From Chrysochromulina tobinii (lineage: Eukaryota): DNA of 31,830 bases. Below are positions 29,778 to 31,830 of this stretch, piece by piece. The stretch covers positions 62,001-93,830 of the forward strand of contig JWZX01003373.1 in NCBI GenBank assembly GCA_001275005.1, written 5' to 3'. The notes below the pieces were generated by a model, which was given only the letters and a program-made list of their open reading frames with translations, was not told the origin of the DNA and did no database searches. A program made the position numbers and the translations under genes. The stretch's first letter is position 1. Every line of letters begins with the position of its first letter.

Positions 29778-31830
29778 TCATCGCCGCCCGCGTCGCCCGC
29801 GGCCGCCTCCGCGGCCTCCAGTGCCGTGCTTGGGCGCTCTGCGCGGCGCTGCACCCGCAGCTCCCGATGGCGGCGGCGATGCTGCCCACACAGTTGCAAA
29901 GGCGGCGGCCGCCGCGTGCGCGCCATCCGTAACGCCATCCGCACCTGGGCGCCACCCCCCCACGTCCTCGTGTGGCTCAGAGATGAAGGGCTCTGCCTCG
30001 CTCCTCCTCGCACCGGTACCCCAATGAAGCGTGCGCTGCCCGGACGCGTCGGCCTGCTGAGACACGCCAAGGGAGCACTGCCGCGCCGGCCAGTAGACGC
30101 CGTCTGAGCGACCCCCAAGGGTGGGGCAGAAGTCGTCTTCTCGCCCGAGGTTGCCTTCGAGATCGTGATCGAGATCGCCATGCGGCAGATCATTAAAGCC
30201 GTCGTTGACGAAGGCATTGTGGAAGTCGCCCCAAGCGCCTTCGCCACCGCCGCTGCCATCCATCACGCCATCCATCACGCAATCTATCGGAACCGCTGCC
30301 GAAGGCCACGCATAGGCGGGCGCGACAGCTGGTGTCGGCTGTGGCTGCAGCGGCGGCTTTGCAGACACCATCTCGTCGACGTCGTCGAGCCTCTCAGCGT
30401 TGCCGCTATCGGCGACGAAGGCAAGCGTGCGCAGGGCGCGCTCAGTCACCCACGGGAAATGCGAGATGCGTAGGCGTGGCGAGAGGCTTAACAGGTCTCG
30501 GAGCGAGTAGCGGTCCAAGACGCGCCGAGCTGCCCATGGATTGAGACCACTCATCGTGAGGAGCATCTCATGCTGCGTCTCCTCACGCTGGTCGACGTCG
30601 GCCATCGCCTCGCTCGTGGCCAGCGGCCCGGCGAGCGGGTCCGCCGCACGCAGCTGCAAGATCCGCTGCATGGTTGGCCAGCACGAGGACCAACGCGCGA
30701 TGCGGACACTCAGCTTGAGTGGACTCGCGCTCAGCTCGACGAGGAGCTCGCGCACGTGGGCCCGAATGGCAGCGCTCGTTTTCGCCGCCAATAGGTCCAC
30801 AGTGCTAGCCGCACGCTCCGTCTTCGGCGTCGCGGCCAACGCCTCACCTTGCCGCGGGCCTTCGTCCCATAGCACGACGAGCCAGAGCGAACGGTACGCA
30901 GGCTCACACTGAGCGACCATCGCTGCCACACGGCCACGCACACGCAGCATGTCCAGGTCGAGAACCAGCACACCGGCCTCATGGTCAAGGATGAGGTGGG
31001 GCAAATCCACCGACGTCTCGACGAGTGGTATTCCCTTGCGCTGAAGGAGTGCCTGCAGCCGAGGGTAACGCAGCAGGTCGTCGCCGATCATCACCGCGTC
31101 GGCACAACGGCGACGGATGCAGTTGCTGCCCGCTAGGGCGTCCGCAGGCCGGCAATCGCTCGAGATAGCGCCGGCGCCGCTGTCGCCGCCGCCGACGACG
31201 ATGCCACCGCTGCCGTTGCTCGCCCGCTCGACGATCGAGGACACATCGAGCACGTCGTCGTACGCCCGGCCATGCGCGTCCCGTAGCAATCGGGCCATCT
31301 GCATGAGGGCGCTACCGCCGGCAGACTGCGCCTGCGCGGCGCTTGCGGCTGTTGGCGTGGCACCCACGCCTTGTGCTGCGGCGTGTCTGCCCTCCATCGC
31401 GGCGTCTGCAGCGTCATCGTCGTCGTCGTGGACGACGGGCGAGTCGGTGGGGCGAAGGCTGACGACGCACAGGTGAGCGTGCGACAGAGCGCCGAGCTGC
31501 TGCGCATCGGGAAGGGGGTCGTACTCGATGACAAAGGCGAAGTTGTGCCACAGCGTCGTCGACTGCGCCGTGAGCATCGCCTCGAGCTCCGGCGCTGCCA
31601 CGACGAGCAGCAGCCGCTCGTCCATCGCGGTCGCACGCTGCACAAGGCTGATCACTTGGGCGGCGCTCATCTCTGCCGTGATCAGCTGCACGGTGAACGC
31701 CCCCAGCGCTCCGCCACTCGCCCCGTGCCTCGCTGCTGCCTGCGCAAGGAACTGCTCGCACACGCCCACCACACGCTCCGGCCGCCGTGAGGGTAGGCCC
31801 ATGGCAACGGCGCCATGCCGTGGAGGCCCG
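29778..31830 (-). CDS. SHOC1/Zip2-like (XPF/ERCC4-HhH2-related) meiotic crossover protein, 5'-partial
   Basis: The XPF-like segment LQRKGIPLVETSVDLPHLILDHEAGVLV...YRSLWLVV is followed by ETQHEMLL..GLNPWAARRVL..SLRDLLSLS...FPWV.ERAL and a late GQRTLHW motif, resembling SHOC1 C-termini as I recall them. The frame is open to the window end. Confidence 0.65.
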   Translation of the reverse strand, partial: GPPRHGAVAMGLPSRRPERVVGVCEQFLAQAAARHGASGGALGAFTVQLITAEMSAAQVISLVQRATAMDERLLLVVAAPELEAMLTAQSTTLWHNFAFVIEYDPLPDAQQLGALSHAHLCVVSLRPTDSPVVHDDDDDAADAAMEGRHAAAQGVGATPTAASAAQAQSAGGSALMQMARLLRDAHGRAYDDVLDVSSIVERASNGSGGIVVGGGDSGAGAISSDCRPADALAGSNCIRRRCADAVMIGDDLLRYPRLQALLQRKGIPLVETSVDLPHLILDHEAGVLVLDLDMLRVRGRVAAMVAQCEPAYRSLWLVVLWDEGPRQGEALAATPKTERAASTVDLLAAKTSAAIRAHVRELLVELSASPLKLSVRIARWSSCWPTMQRILQLRAADPLAGPLATSEAMADVDQREETQHEMLLTMSGLNPWAARRVLDRYSLRDLLSLSPRLRISHFPWVTERALRTLAFVADSGNAERLDDVDEMVSAKPPLQPQPTPAVAPAYAWPSAAVPIDCVMDGVMDGSGGGEGAWGDFHNAFVNDGFNDLPHGDLDHDLEGNLGREDDFCPTLGGRSDGVYWPARQCSLGVSQQADASGQRTLHWGTGARRSEAEPFISEPHEDVGGWRPGADGVTDGAHAAAAAFATVWAASPPPSGAAGAAPRRAPKHGTGGRGGGRGRRGRR

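Overview
Gene-dense, GC-rich eukaryotic nuclear DNA with short GT-AG introns and several bipartite (signal + transit) N-termini. It is most consistent with a haptophyte or other red-plastid alga (inference). About 17 genes are present: a partial nicotinamidase-like protein with an IQ motif, a 54-aa repeat protein, a Lon N-domain protein, a WD40-like protein, three TPR proteins, an NCKX/SLC24 exchanger, a GH43-like hydrolase, an LRR protein, BRK1/HSPC300, a fused CPS1/CPSIII-type carbamoyl-phosphate synthetase, an RNase H1 + REX4-like exonuclease fusion and a partial SHOC1/Zip2-like meiotic protein. Several genes are split by 1-nt indels, most likely assembly errors. The best leads are the RNase H-DEDDh fusion, the apparently plastid-targeted urea-cycle-type CPS and a very compact box C/D snoRNA candidate in the NCKX intron. 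All family calls come from motif recognition by eye; no searches were run.
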